Shown here: positions 34,550-43,016 of the stretch, piece after piece | How positions within the stretch are numbered: the first letter of the stretch is position 1 | How the letters are laid out: each line of letters begins with the position of its first letter | Assembly (NCBI GenBank): GCA_965364815.1 | Contig: CBDTZE010000001.1 | Location: 1-53,469 of the forward strand | Origin: an uncultured Nitriliruptoria bacterium | GTDB lineage: Bacteria; Actinomycetota; Nitriliruptoria; Nitriliruptorales; Nitriliruptoraceae | Reading direction: 5' to 3' | Length of the DNA: 53,469 nt | Translations under genes and position numbers: made by a program | Notes under the pieces: model-generated | What the model saw: the letters and a program-made list of their open reading frames with translations, nothing else | Database searches by the model: none | Told to the model about the DNA's origin: nothing

Positions 34550-36211
34550 GTGTCCGACACCTCGTCATCCCTACCGGCGCCGCTGTGGCAGCGGCCTGCG
34601 GTCCTGCAGACGGCGGTGTGGGTCGGTCACCTCGCCCTGCCCCTGCTTGGGCTCTGGTGGTTGATCGCCCGCCCGGTGCTCGACCTGCGCTGGCAGGACA
34701 ATCTGGCCCACCTCGCCATTGTCGGGTTGGGCTCCGCGGGTGCTCTGTGGCTGGGCGTGCGAATGGGGCAGGACGCGGACCGCGAGCACGACGCGAGGTT
34801 GCGACTGCTGTCCCTCGCGCTGGTCGCCGCTGCGGGCTTTCAACTCCTGCACGCCCTGGCCACCCCCTCGGTGCTGGTGGACGGACGAACCGCCGGCTTT
34901 GATGCCTCCTCGCCGATCGGGATGGTGGCCGCAGCGATCCTCGCGGCTGCGTCCGCGGTCGATCTCGACGGCCGGCTGGGTGCCTGGGTGGAGCGCAACC
35001 ACCGACGGCTGCTGGCGGCCCTGATCGCGACGATGGCCGCCTGGTTCCTCGTTTCCGTCACGGGCCTGCCGCCGCTGGACCGTCCCTTCACGATCGAGTC
35101 GACCCGAGGCGTGCTGTGGGGTGCCGCGGCCTTCAGCGTCCTGCTGTACGGCGGAACCGCCTGGTCCTACTTCCAGGTGCACCGTCGACGCCCGTCGGTG
35201 ATGCTGCTCGGCGTGGTCACCTCGCTGGCCCTGCTCGCGGAGACGATGGTGGTGCTGGCCTCGAGCCGCACGTGGATGATCTCGTGGTGGGAGTGGCACG
35301 TGCTGCAGGCCCTGGCCTTCGGGTTCCTCGCCTACGCCACGCGCACGCAGCAGCGTCGCGAGGGGACGAGCACGGGGCTCTTCCGGTCCGTCGGACTCGA
35401 CGAGACCGTCCAACGTGTGCAACGAGGCCACCGTGAGGCGCTGGAGGCACTCGTGGGATCGCTGCGGGGCGCTGACGTCGGGGGCGCTGCCGGCCATGCA
35501 CAGCACGTTGCCCAGCAGTTCCAGCTGACCGAGGCGCAGCGGGACGTGCTGGGGGAGAGCGCCGACCTGTACGGCGAGCTCGACGTGCTGTTCCGCTCCT
35601 ATGTCTCTCCAGATGTGGCCGAGGCGCTGGTGGCGGACCCCTCTCAGGCAGACCTGGGCGGGCGCACGGCCGTCGTCACCGTGCTCATGGCCGACCTGCA
35701 GGGCTTCACGGCCTACGCGGAGCGCGAGGACCCGTCGGCGGTCGTCGGGCTCCTGAACGAGTACTTCGGCGTCATCGTCCCGCTCATCCTCGAGGAGGGC
35801 GGCACCGTCGTGCAGTTCGTCGGCGATGCCGTGATGGCGGTGTTCAACGCCCCGAAGGAGCAGGCCGACCACGCCCGTCGGGCCGTCGCCTGTGGGCTGC
35901 GGATCCAGGAGGCGGTCGTGCTCGTTGCCGAGGCACACCCGGGTGCGCCCCGGTTCCGGGTTGGCATCAACACGGGCCCGGCGCTGGTCGGCAACGTCGG
36001 GGCCGCACAGATGCGCAACTTCACGGCCATCGGCGACACCACCAACACGGCCGCCCGGATCGAGGCGCTGGCCACGGTTGGAACCGTGGCCGTCAGTGCG
36101 GCCACCCTGGCGGCGGCCGGAGACGGTGTACGGAGCCGCTCACTGGGAGCGATCGAGGTCAAGAACCGGGTCGAGCCCGTCCAGGTGCACGTCGTCGAGC
36201 AGCTGGCCTGA
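34550..36211 (+). CDS. Membrane-anchored class III adenylate/guanylate cyclase
   Basis: About 7 N-terminal hydrophobic helices. Catalytic core VTVLMADLQGFTAYAE, FVGDAVMAVF, RVGINTGPALVGNVG, AIGDTTNTAARIE. GTG at 34550 with GGAG 5 nt upstream. The track ORF from 34397 overlaps the LLM gene. Confidence 0.85.
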   Translation: MSDTSSSLPAPLWQRPAVLQTAVWVGHLALPLLGLWWLIARPVLDLRWQDNLAHLAIVGLGSAGALWLGVRMGQDADREHDARLRLLSLALVAAAGFQLLHALATPSVLVDGRTAGFDASSPIGMVAAAILAAASAVDLDGRLGAWVERNHRRLLAALIATMAAWFLVSVTGLPPLDRPFTIESTRGVLWGAAAFSVLLYGGTAWSYFQVHRRRPSVMLLGVVTSLALLAETMVVLASSRTWMISWWEWHVLQALAFGFLAYATRTQQRREGTSTGLFRSVGLDETVQRVQRGHREALEALVGSLRGADVGGAAGHAQHVAQQFQLTEAQRDVLGESADLYGELDVLFRSYVSPDVAEALVADPSQADLGGRTAVVTVLMADLQGFTAYAEREDPSAVVGLLNEYFGVIVPLILEEGGTVVQFVGDAVMAVFNAPKEQADHARRAVACGLRIQEAVVLVAEAHPGAPRFRVGINTGPALVGNVGAAQMRNFTAIGDTTNTAARIEALATVGTVAVSAATLAAAGDGVRSRSLGAIEVKNRVEPVQVHVVEQLA

Positions 36212-36214
36212 CGG

Positions 36215-36757
36215 TCAGCGGCTGTCCTTGCCGCTCTCGACGTAGCGCACGCACTGGCCTTGGTTGGCGAACCTGAACTCCTGCCAGCCGCCGCTCTTGC
36301 AGTCGTCCTTCGTCGTTGGCTGCTTCGGGTCGACCCGGAACGGGGTCCAGTCGAAGTCCCAGTCGCGCTCGCCGCCGAGTGCGAGACGGATCTCGACCGT
36401 GCTGGAGGCCTGGAACTGTCTGGTGATGCCGCTGGGGCATGCACCGCTGTTGGCCACACAGACCCCGGGGTAGATGACGTCACCGATGACGATCGGGTGC
36501 TCGTTGCCGTCGAGGACCACGCCGTCGATCCGGTACTCGAAGAAGCTGAGCCCCACGTACGCCTTGTGGAAGGTGAGCTCGACCCAGCCGGCGCCGACAT
36601 CGGTCTGCTCCACCCAGGGCAACTCGTCCGCCGAGCCAGCCGTGGCCGCGTTGGCCGCGTTCGTCGAAGGGAACGTGTACGCGAAGGCCGCGCTGGCAAG
36701 CACGACCAAGAGCGTGAGTGTGGCGGTGGCCGTGGAGAGCACGGAGCGGCTGCGCAT
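36215..36757 (-). CDS. Secreted protein of unknown function
   Basis: Trimmed to the ATG at 36757 (MRSRSVLSTATATLTLLVVLASAAFA). The mature part is beta-rich with 4 Cys. No family recognised. Confidence 0.6.
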   Translation of the reverse strand: MRSRSVLSTATATLTLLVVLASAAFAYTFPSTNAANAATAGSADELPWVEQTDVGAGWVELTFHKAYVGLSFFEYRIDGVVLDGNEHPIVIGDVIYPGVCVANSGACPSGITRQFQASSTVEIRLALGGERDWDFDWTPFRVDPKQPTTKDDCKSGGWQEFRFANQGQCVRYVESGKDSR

Positions 36758-36870
36758 GGGATTGGCCCTTCGGGCGTGACCGGCAGGGGAGGGTGCCGGG
36801 GTTGCCCTACTAGTCAATCATGACCAGATGCCGCCCATCTGGCCGAACGGACAAAATGGCGCGCAAAAGC

Positions 36871-36902
36871 GAGGATGCCCCGGCGTGAGCCGGGGCATCC
36901 TC
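36871..36902 (-). terminator. Rho-independent terminator of cspA
   Basis: Perfect 14-bp stem GAGGATGCCCCGGC / GCCGGGGCATCCTC with a 4-nt loop. On the minus strand it is followed by GCTTTTGCGCGCCATTTTGT. Confidence 0.75.
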
Positions 36903-36922
36903 GTTGGTCTGTGTCACTCAAG

Positions 36923-37126
36923 TCAGAGCGGGGAGACCTTCTGGGCCTGCGGGCCCTTACGGCCTTCGCCGATCTCAAAGTTCACGCGCTGACCCTCGTC
37001 GAGCGACTTGTAGCCGCTCGTCTGGATCTCGGAGAAGTGGACGAAGAGGTCTTCGCCGCCACCGTCCGGCTCGATGAAGCCGAAGCCCTTGTCGGCCTTG
37101 AACCACTTGACTGTTCCTTCTGGCAT
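36923..37126 (-). CDS. cspA: Cold-shock protein (CspA family)
   Basis: [34 protein letters not shown] carries RNP1 (KGFGFI) and RNP2 (LFVHF). 67 aa. About 165 nt of upstream non-coding DNA is consistent with a long csp 5' UTR. Confidence 0.95.
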   Translation of the reverse strand: MPEGTVKWFKADKGFGFIEPDGGGEDLFVHFSEIQTSGYKSLDEGQRVNFEIGEGRKGPQAQKVSPL

Positions 37127-37291
37127 TGCCTTGCTCCTGCGTCGGACACCTGGTTTCAATCTGAACTTGCTGACACGTGACATGGCGTCGCGCGCAGCTG
37201 GCGATCCGAACAAGGCAACCCTACGTGCTCCGCGCCCGTGGCGCACGCCCTTGTGTCGGGTGGTCGCCCACCGCCTGCCGGGAACAGGGCC

Positions 37292-38308
37292 TCAGGAGCC
37301 GCCGCCGGCAGGAACAGTCGCCGCCTCGACGTGCTGCCAGTGCTCCTCCGTGGTGCCCCAAGAGGCTCGCAGAGACCAAATTCGCTTCATCCACAGATGT
37401 AGGGGGTGCTCCCACGTGTACCCGATCGCCCCATGGACCTGCAGCGCGGCCTTGGCCGCCATGGCGGCGGATTCTCCGGCCACGGCCTTCGCCATCGACG
37501 CATGGAGGCCCGCCCGGGGGTCGCCGTTGGCCAGTGACCAGGCGGCCCGGTGGACCAGGGGGCGGGCGAACTCGACCTCGACCAGTGCGCTGGCGAGGTG
37601 GTGCTTGACGGCCTGGAAGGAGCCGATCGGCTTGCCGAACTGCTCGCGCTCCAGCGAGTAGGCCGTCGCCAGGTCGAGGCAGCGCCGCGCCGCGCCCAGC
37701 AGAACGGCCGCGCTGGCCCAGGCCCCACGACTGGCCGCGAGGCCCAGTGCCGCCCCGGCGTTCTCCGACAGGAGGGTGGTCTCTGACGTGGAGGCGTCGA
37801 CGACGGCGGTCGGTCGCGCCCCGTCGAGGTTGGGCTGCGGCGTGATCTGCAGCGAGGTGCGATCTGCCACGTGGAGCTCGTTGCCACGCTGGAGCAGGAC
37901 GCGGTCAGCCGTCCCGACGTGTGCGGGGTAGGGGTCGGCGTCGAGGGCCGGCACCACCAGGAGGTCACCGGCACTGATCGCCTCCAGCAGACCATGGGCT
38001 GCAGGCGTGTCGAGGCTGGAGAGGAGGGGCACGACGACGGCGGCCACCTCGAAGAGCGGCTCGGGGAGCCCCGCCCAGCCGGTGTGTTCCAACGGCAGGC
38101 AGAGATCAACCTCGTGCATGCCGAGGCCACCGTGCTCTGCGGGAGCCAGCAGGCCGACGAGGCCGAGGGAGGCCAGCGCCTTCCACCGCTCGGGGCGCGG
38201 GCCGTCGGTCCAGGCGGCGGCGACGTCCTCGGAGGTGCACTCGCCGGCGAGGAAGTCGCGGACGCCCTCGCTCAGCAGTTGCTGGTCCGACGTGAAGGAG
38301 AACTGCAC
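37292..38308 (-). CDS. Acyl-CoA dehydrogenase-fold protein, short (beta-type) subunit
   Basis: 338 aa, GTG start 2 nt after the upstream stop. IGSFQAVKHHLA...VHGAIGYTWEHPLHLWMKR. Confidence 0.85.
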   Translation of the reverse strand: MQFSFTSDQQLLSEGVRDFLAGECTSEDVAAAWTDGPRPERWKALASLGLVGLLAPAEHGGLGMHEVDLCLPLEHTGWAGLPEPLFEVAAVVVPLLSSLDTPAAHGLLEAISAGDLLVVPALDADPYPAHVGTADRVLLQRGNELHVADRTSLQITPQPNLDGARPTAVVDASTSETTLLSENAGAALGLAASRGAWASAAVLLGAARRCLDLATAYSLEREQFGKPIGSFQAVKHHLASALVEVEFARPLVHRAAWSLANGDPRAGLHASMAKAVAGESAAMAAKAALQVHGAIGYTWEHPLHLWMKRIWSLRASWGTTEEHWQHVEAATVPAGGGS

Positions 38309-38310
38309 GG

Positions 38311-39474
38311 TCAGCCCCTCGGGAGGCCGAGCAGGCGCTCGGCGATGATGTTGCGTTGGATCTCGTTGGTCCCGGCATAGATCGGTCCGGCGAGGGAGAA
38401 CAGGAACCCGTCGGCCCAGGCCGACCCGTCGAGGCCGTCCAGCGCGGGTGCCTCGTCGAGCAGTCCACCCGCCGGGCCGCGGAGGTCAAGCGCGACCTCG
38501 TGCATCCGTCGGTCCATCTGGGACCAGAAGATCTTGTTGAGACTGGACTCGGGGCCGATCTCTTCGCCGGCGTTGACGCGCGAGACCGTCTGCTGGACGA
38601 ACAGCTTGTACTGCTCCGCCTGGACCACGGCGCGAGCCACGTCGCGGCGGGCGATGGGGCCCGCATCGGCCTGTGCCTCGAGTTCGACGAGCCGACGGGC
38701 GGTCGCGCTGAACCGGCCGGGGGAGCGCAGCGACACACCGCGCTCGAACCCGGCGGTCGCCATGGCGACGTGCCAGCCCTTGCCCTCCGGACCGATCGTG
38801 TTCTCTTCGACGGGAACGCGGACGTCGTCGAAGAAGATCTCGGCAAATCCCGGGAGCCCGTCGAGTTGACGGATGGGTCGCACCTCGACGCCGGGAGCAT
38901 CGAGGGGCACGACGATGAAGGACAGGCCACGGTGGCGTTCGGACTCCGGGTCGGAGCGGAAGAGGCAGAAGACCCAGTCGGCCCAGACCGCGCGGGTGGA
39001 CCACGTCTTCTGTCCGGACAGGACCCACTCGTCACCGTCGCGTGTGGCCTTGGCCCGGACGGCCGCCATGTCGGACCCGGCGTTGGGCTCCGACCAGCCC
39101 TGGGCCCAGATCTCCGTGCCGGCACTCATCGGCGGGAGCCAGCGCTCCTTCTGCCAGTCGGTGCCGTACTCCATCAGGGTCGGAGCGAAGAGGAACAGGC
39201 CGTTCTGGTTCACCCGTCCCGGGCAGCCCGCTGCGTAGTACTCCTCTTCGAAGAGCAGCCACTGGTCCAACGTGGCCCCTCGACCGCCGTACTCGGTCGG
39301 CCAGGACACCGTGCCCCACCCGCCCTCGTGGAGCAGCGCCTCCCACTGCCGGTGGGCGGCGAAACCCTCCGCCGTGTCGAAGCCGACGCGCGGCGCCGCC
39401 GACGCGTGCTCGGCCAACCAGGCGCGGGCATCGTCGCGGAACGCCGTTTCATCGGAGGTCAGCGTCAGGTCCAC
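38311..39474 (-). CDS. Acyl-CoA dehydrogenase, large (alpha-type) subunit
   Basis: GWSEPNAGSDMAAV and C-terminal GTNEIQRNIIAERLLGLPRG. Trimmed to the GTG at 39474 (VDLTLTSDETAFRDDARAWL) with GGAGAAG upstream. The 520-aa track ORF runs into the next gene. Confidence 0.85.
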   Translation of the reverse strand: MDLTLTSDETAFRDDARAWLAEHASAAPRVGFDTAEGFAAHRQWEALLHEGGWGTVSWPTEYGGRGATLDQWLLFEEEYYAAGCPGRVNQNGLFLFAPTLMEYGTDWQKERWLPPMSAGTEIWAQGWSEPNAGSDMAAVRAKATRDGDEWVLSGQKTWSTRAVWADWVFCLFRSDPESERHRGLSFIVVPLDAPGVEVRPIRQLDGLPGFAEIFFDDVRVPVEENTIGPEGKGWHVAMATAGFERGVSLRSPGRFSATARRLVELEAQADAGPIARRDVARAVVQAEQYKLFVQQTVSRVNAGEEIGPESSLNKIFWSQMDRRMHEVALDLRGPAGGLLDEAPALDGLDGSAWADGFLFSLAGPIYAGTNEIQRNIIAERLLGLPRG

Positions 39475-39521
39475 GTCTTCTCCACGTCGTGCTCCGCGAG
39501 GTCCCGCGAAACGCGACGGTA

Positions 39522-39550
39522 GTCGTTTCTGACGACCCGTCAGAAACGAC
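39522..39550. promoter_or_regulatory. 29-bp perfect palindrome GTCGTTTCTGACG-ACC-CGTCAGAAACGAC containing candidate operator copy 3
   Basis: 13-3-13 inverted repeat. The core 39528-39544 is identical to the 15592 box. It abuts the transglutaminase stop (39551) and lies 48-76 nt upstream of the acyl-CoA dehydrogenase GTG (39474). It could also act as a terminator hairpin. Confidence 0.6.
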
Positions 39551-40435
39551 TCACTGCTGCTGTTGCTGCTCCGCGGCGGCGAGGCGGCGCAGTCGGACCT
39601 CGACGTCGACCTGGGCGTCCTCGGGCCCGACGTAGCTGCCGCGGAAGGGGGCGACGTCGTTGTAGTCGCGTCCCCGGCCGATGGTGATGTGGCGATGCCC
39701 GACGTTCTGGCGGTTGGTCGGGTCCAGCGCCATCCAGCCGGCGCCGGGGACCGCAGCCTCGAACCAGGCATGCGTGGCGACGATGACCTCGTTGCGATCG
39801 CTGTCGCTGCCGTCGCTGTCGTCCTCGGTGAACAGGTAGCCCGACACGTAACGCGCCGGGATCCCGACGGCACGGCAGAGGCTCACGGCAACGTGGGCGA
39901 AGTCCTGGCAGACACCCTGGCGCTGGTCGAAGGCCTGGGCTGCCGTGGTCGCGACGAAGGTCGCACCGGGCGTGTACTCGAGGGTCTTGGCAACCCATCG
40001 ATGGATGGACAGGATTCCGTCGACGACATCGTCGCCCGCCAGCTCGATGCGCGACTTGGCGACCTCGACCATGTCCTTGCTGGGCTTGGTGAGCTTCGTG
40101 TGGCCAAGGAATTCGAAGTGCCGGTCGCGGAAACCGGGGTCCAGCAGGCTGGCGCGGTCAACCGCGGCCGCGATCACTTCCTGGTCGCGCGTCTCCACCG
40201 TGGCCTCGGTCACGATCGTCAGGGTCGTGTGTGGGGCACGGATGCCGAAGGTGTCGACATGGGTCCCCCAGTAGTCGACGTGGGCATTGCTGCGCGATGC
40301 CGGGTCGGTCATGACCCGGTAGTGCTGGACCTGCTGGTGAGCGTCGGAAGTCGGACAGGCCCGGATCTCGTTCTGCGATTCCAGCACTTCACCGGTGTAG
40401 CGGAACGTGGAGGTGTGGCGGACGTCGAAGCGCAT
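39551..40435 (-). CDS. Transglutaminase-family protein (Bact_transglu_N plus transglutaminase core)
   Basis: MRFDVRHTSTFRYTGEV... N-terminal domain. Catalytic Cys context RQGVCQDFAHVAVSLCRAVGIPARYVSGY. Poly-Gln C-terminal tail. Confidence 0.85.
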   Translation of the reverse strand: MRFDVRHTSTFRYTGEVLESQNEIRACPTSDAHQQVQHYRVMTDPASRSNAHVDYWGTHVDTFGIRAPHTTLTIVTEATVETRDQEVIAAAVDRASLLDPGFRDRHFEFLGHTKLTKPSKDMVEVAKSRIELAGDDVVDGILSIHRWVAKTLEYTPGATFVATTAAQAFDQRQGVCQDFAHVAVSLCRAVGIPARYVSGYLFTEDDSDGSDSDRNEVIVATHAWFEAAVPGAGWMALDPTNRQNVGHRHITIGRGRDYNDVAPFRGSYVGPEDAQVDVEVRLRRLAAAEQQQQQ

Positions 40436-40437
40436 CG

Positions 40438-41394
40438 TCAGGCCCCCATGGTGTGCAGTGCCCCGGAGGGCGCCTGGTGGAAGAAGTAGGGACCCATGAG
40501 CTCTGCCAGTTCGTTGCAGTCGTGCTCGACCTGGCCGAGCCAGGCATGCAGGCCGTCCTCGAGGACGGTGTCGAGTTCGACGAACTCGACCGTGGCACGC
40601 AGTCGCCCCGCCTGTCGGACCACCGAGTTCTCGGTGCCACTGGTCAGCTTGCGCAGGTTGCGCTCGACGTCCCGCAGACTGAAGAGCGTGGAGCGCGGGA
40701 ACTCGTCACTGAGCAGCAGGAAGGCGACGACGTGTCGAGGGTCGGGCGACGCCCGGTGGAGCCGGCGATAGGCCTCAAGGGCCGACGCCGACCGGAGCGT
40801 GGCGACCCAGACGTGGAAGTCCAGGCCGGTCCCGGCCGTCAGTCGTTCGTAGCTGGCGGCGACCGTCCGAGCCGTCGAACCCGCGCGTTCCAGCGACTGT
40901 CCGAGGGTGAGGAATCGCCAGCCCTCGTCACGCGGGAGGGTTTCGTGGATCACACCGGTGATGAACTGGCAGCGATCGCGGACCGACGTGAGCACGTCGC
41001 CCGGGCGGTCGTCGAGTTCAATCGCGAGGTCGCGCCCCTGGAGGTCGAGGTAGAGGTTGTTCGAGGCCTCCCAGAGCTCCTTGGAGATGAGTTCTCGGAC
41101 GCTGCGCAGGTTCTCCCGCAGGGCGGCGACGCTGCTGGCAACGGACCCGAGGTGCTCTCGATCGGAGACGAGGAACTCCAGCAGCGGTCCCCGCTCCAGT
41201 TCGTGACCACGTTCCTCGAAGGCCTCGGTGGCCGACAGCATCGCGAGCAGTGCGCCGCGAGCGGCGCTGCGTTCGTTGGGGGCGCCTTCGAGCAGGGCGG
41301 TGTGCGTCACATCGACGACGCGAGCCGTGTGCTCCGCGCGTTCGAGGTAGCGACCGGCCCAGAACAGGTTTTCGGCGAGTCTGGCAAGCATCAT
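40438..41394 (-). CDS. Alpha-E domain protein (DUF403)
   Basis: MMLARLAENLFWAGRYLERAEHTARV is the hallmark N-terminus of alpha-E proteins. ATGA overlap with the ATP-grasp stop. Confidence 0.85.
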   Translation of the reverse strand: MMLARLAENLFWAGRYLERAEHTARVVDVTHTALLEGAPNERSAARGALLAMLSATEAFEERGHELERGPLLEFLVSDREHLGSVASSVAALRENLRSVRELISKELWEASNNLYLDLQGRDLAIELDDRPGDVLTSVRDRCQFITGVIHETLPRDEGWRFLTLGQSLERAGSTARTVAASYERLTAGTGLDFHVWVATLRSASALEAYRRLHRASPDPRHVVAFLLLSDEFPRSTLFSLRDVERNLRKLTSGTENSVVRQAGRLRATVEFVELDTVLEDGLHAWLGQVEHDCNELAELMGPYFFHQAPSGALHTMGA

Positions 41395-42842
41395 TGGTCC
41401 TGCTCCTGGACGACCCAGGTGTCCTTGGATCCTCCGCCCTGGGAGGAGTTGACGACGAGTGAGCCCTCCTTGAGGGCGACGCGCGTCAGCCCGCCCGGCA
41501 GGACCATCGTGTCCTGGCCGGCGATGACGAAGGGACGCAGGTCGACGTGGCGCCCTGCGAGGCGGCCGTTCGCCAACGTCGGGTGCCGCGAAAGCTGCAC
41601 GACCTCCTGGGCGATCCAGTTGCGAGGGTCGTCCTCGATCGCTGCCCGGACCGTTGCGGTCTCTTCCTTGGTTGCCGTGGGGCCGATGTAGAGCCCGTAG
41701 CCGCCGGCCTCGGCGACCGGCTTGACGACCAGTTCCTCGAGCCGGGAGAGGACCTCGTTGCGCTGGTCGGCGTCCCAGAGCAAGTAGGTCGGAACGCTCT
41801 CCAGGATCGGTTCCTCGTCGAGGTAGTAGCGGATGAGGTCGGGGACGTAGGCGTAGAAGGCCTTGTCGTCGGCGACGCCGTTGCCCACGGCGTTCACGAC
41901 GGTGACGTTGCCGGCGCGGGCCGCAGACATCAGGCCCTGCACACCCAGCGCGGAGTCGGGGCGGAAGACCACCGGGTCGAGGAAGTCGTCGTCGATGCGT
42001 CGGTAGACGACGTCGATGCGAGCCAGGCCGCGGGTCGTTCGCATGTAGAGCACGTGGTCGTCGACCACGAGGTCCCGGCCCTCGACCAACTCGATGCCCA
42101 TCTGGCGAGCCAGGAAGGCGTGCTCGTAGTAGGCCGAGTTGTAGACGCCGGGTGTCAGCACGACGGCGCGGATGTTGTCGCCGGCCGAGGGAGGCGCCAC
42201 GGACTGCAGCGCGTCACCGAGCATCCGGCCGTACTGCTCGACGGGGCGAACGGAGCCGCTGGCGAACATGCTGGGGAGCACCCGAGCCATGGCCGAGCGG
42301 TTCTCGAGGACGTACGAGACGCCGCTGGGGTTGCGAAGGTTGTCCTCCAACACTCGATAGACGCCGTCGTCACCCCGGACCAGGTCGACGCCTGCCACCA
42401 GGCAGCGCGCCGCGTGGGGCACGTTGATCCCGAACGCCTGGCGGCGGAAGCCGGAGGCCGTCTGGACCAGCCAGCGAGGAACAACGCCGTCATGGATGGC
42501 CGCCTGCTCGCCCACGTAGAGATCGTCGAGGAAACGGTTCAGCACGTTGACGCGCTGGATCAGGCCGCGTTCGAGGTGGTCCCACTCGTCCGCCGGGATG
42601 ATGCGTGGCACCAGGTCCAGCGGGAAGGTCCGTTCCGTGCCCTCGTCGTCGTCATAGACGGTGAAGGTGACGCCTTGCGTGCGCTGCATCGACTGGCGCA
42701 GACGGTCGCGACGATCGAGTTCCTCAGACGACAGGCCGCGCAGTCGCCCGACCAGTTGCTCGTAGTGCGGGCGGGGCGTGCCGTCGTCGAGAAAGATCTC
42801 GTCGTAGAAGCCGCCGACGTCGTAGTCGTCGAACAGGGTCAT
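41391..42842 (-). CDS. Circularly permuted type-2 ATP-grasp protein (DUF404/DUF407)
   Basis: 483 aa. N-terminus ...YDEIFLDDGTPRPHYEQL.... Its position as first gene of the conserved ATP-grasp / alpha-E / transglutaminase triad supports the call. Confidence 0.8.
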   Translation of the reverse strand: MTLFDDYDVGGFYDEIFLDDGTPRPHYEQLVGRLRGLSSEELDRRDRLRQSMQRTQGVTFTVYDDDEGTERTFPLDLVPRIIPADEWDHLERGLIQRVNVLNRFLDDLYVGEQAAIHDGVVPRWLVQTASGFRRQAFGINVPHAARCLVAGVDLVRGDDGVYRVLEDNLRNPSGVSYVLENRSAMARVLPSMFASGSVRPVEQYGRMLGDALQSVAPPSAGDNIRAVVLTPGVYNSAYYEHAFLARQMGIELVEGRDLVVDDHVLYMRTTRGLARIDVVYRRIDDDFLDPVVFRPDSALGVQGLMSAARAGNVTVVNAVGNGVADDKAFYAYVPDLIRYYLDEEPILESVPTYLLWDADQRNEVLSRLEELVVKPVAEAGGYGLYIGPTATKEETATVRAAIEDDPRNWIAQEVVQLSRHPTLANGRLAGRHVDLRPFVIAGQDTMVLPGGLTRVALKEGSLVVNSSQGGGSKDTWVVQEQDQ

Positions 42843-42980
42843 GAAGGGGAGGTCCTCTTGTCGAGCACCTTGGACCTTAGGAGCGTGAGGCTGCTGGCGT
42901 GTGGCAAACGGTCACCTGGCTCCGGAATCGGACAGGGCGTCTTGGCTGGTGCCTGCGTGGGCAGGGGCCGCTCCTCGGTA

Positions 42981-42999
42981 TTCTGACGACCCGTCAGAA
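42981..42999. promoter_or_regulatory. Candidate operator, copy 4: TTCTGACG-ACC-CGTCAGAA
   Basis: 8-3-8 perfect inverted repeat with the same 17-nt core. It ends 18 nt before the GTG of the DUF35 gene and lies about 140 nt upstream of the divergent ATP-grasp gene. Confidence 0.6.
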
Positions 43000-43016
43000 A
43001 CGCTCGTGGAGGGCTC

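Noticed and set aside
37127-37291. Possible regulatory RNA or small ORF in the 165-nt gap upstream of cspA.
   Set aside because: Long structured 5' UTRs are normal for cold-shock genes. I saw no conserved riboswitch-like motif and no ORF with a plausible RBS. It is best explained as the csp promoter plus 5' UTR.
39554-39571. CTG/TTG trinucleotide run (ctgctgctgttgctgctc) that looks like a microsatellite.
   Set aside because: It is only six units and lies inside the transglutaminase CDS, where it encodes the C-terminal EQQQQQ tail. It is noted under the triad finding rather than as a separate repeat element.
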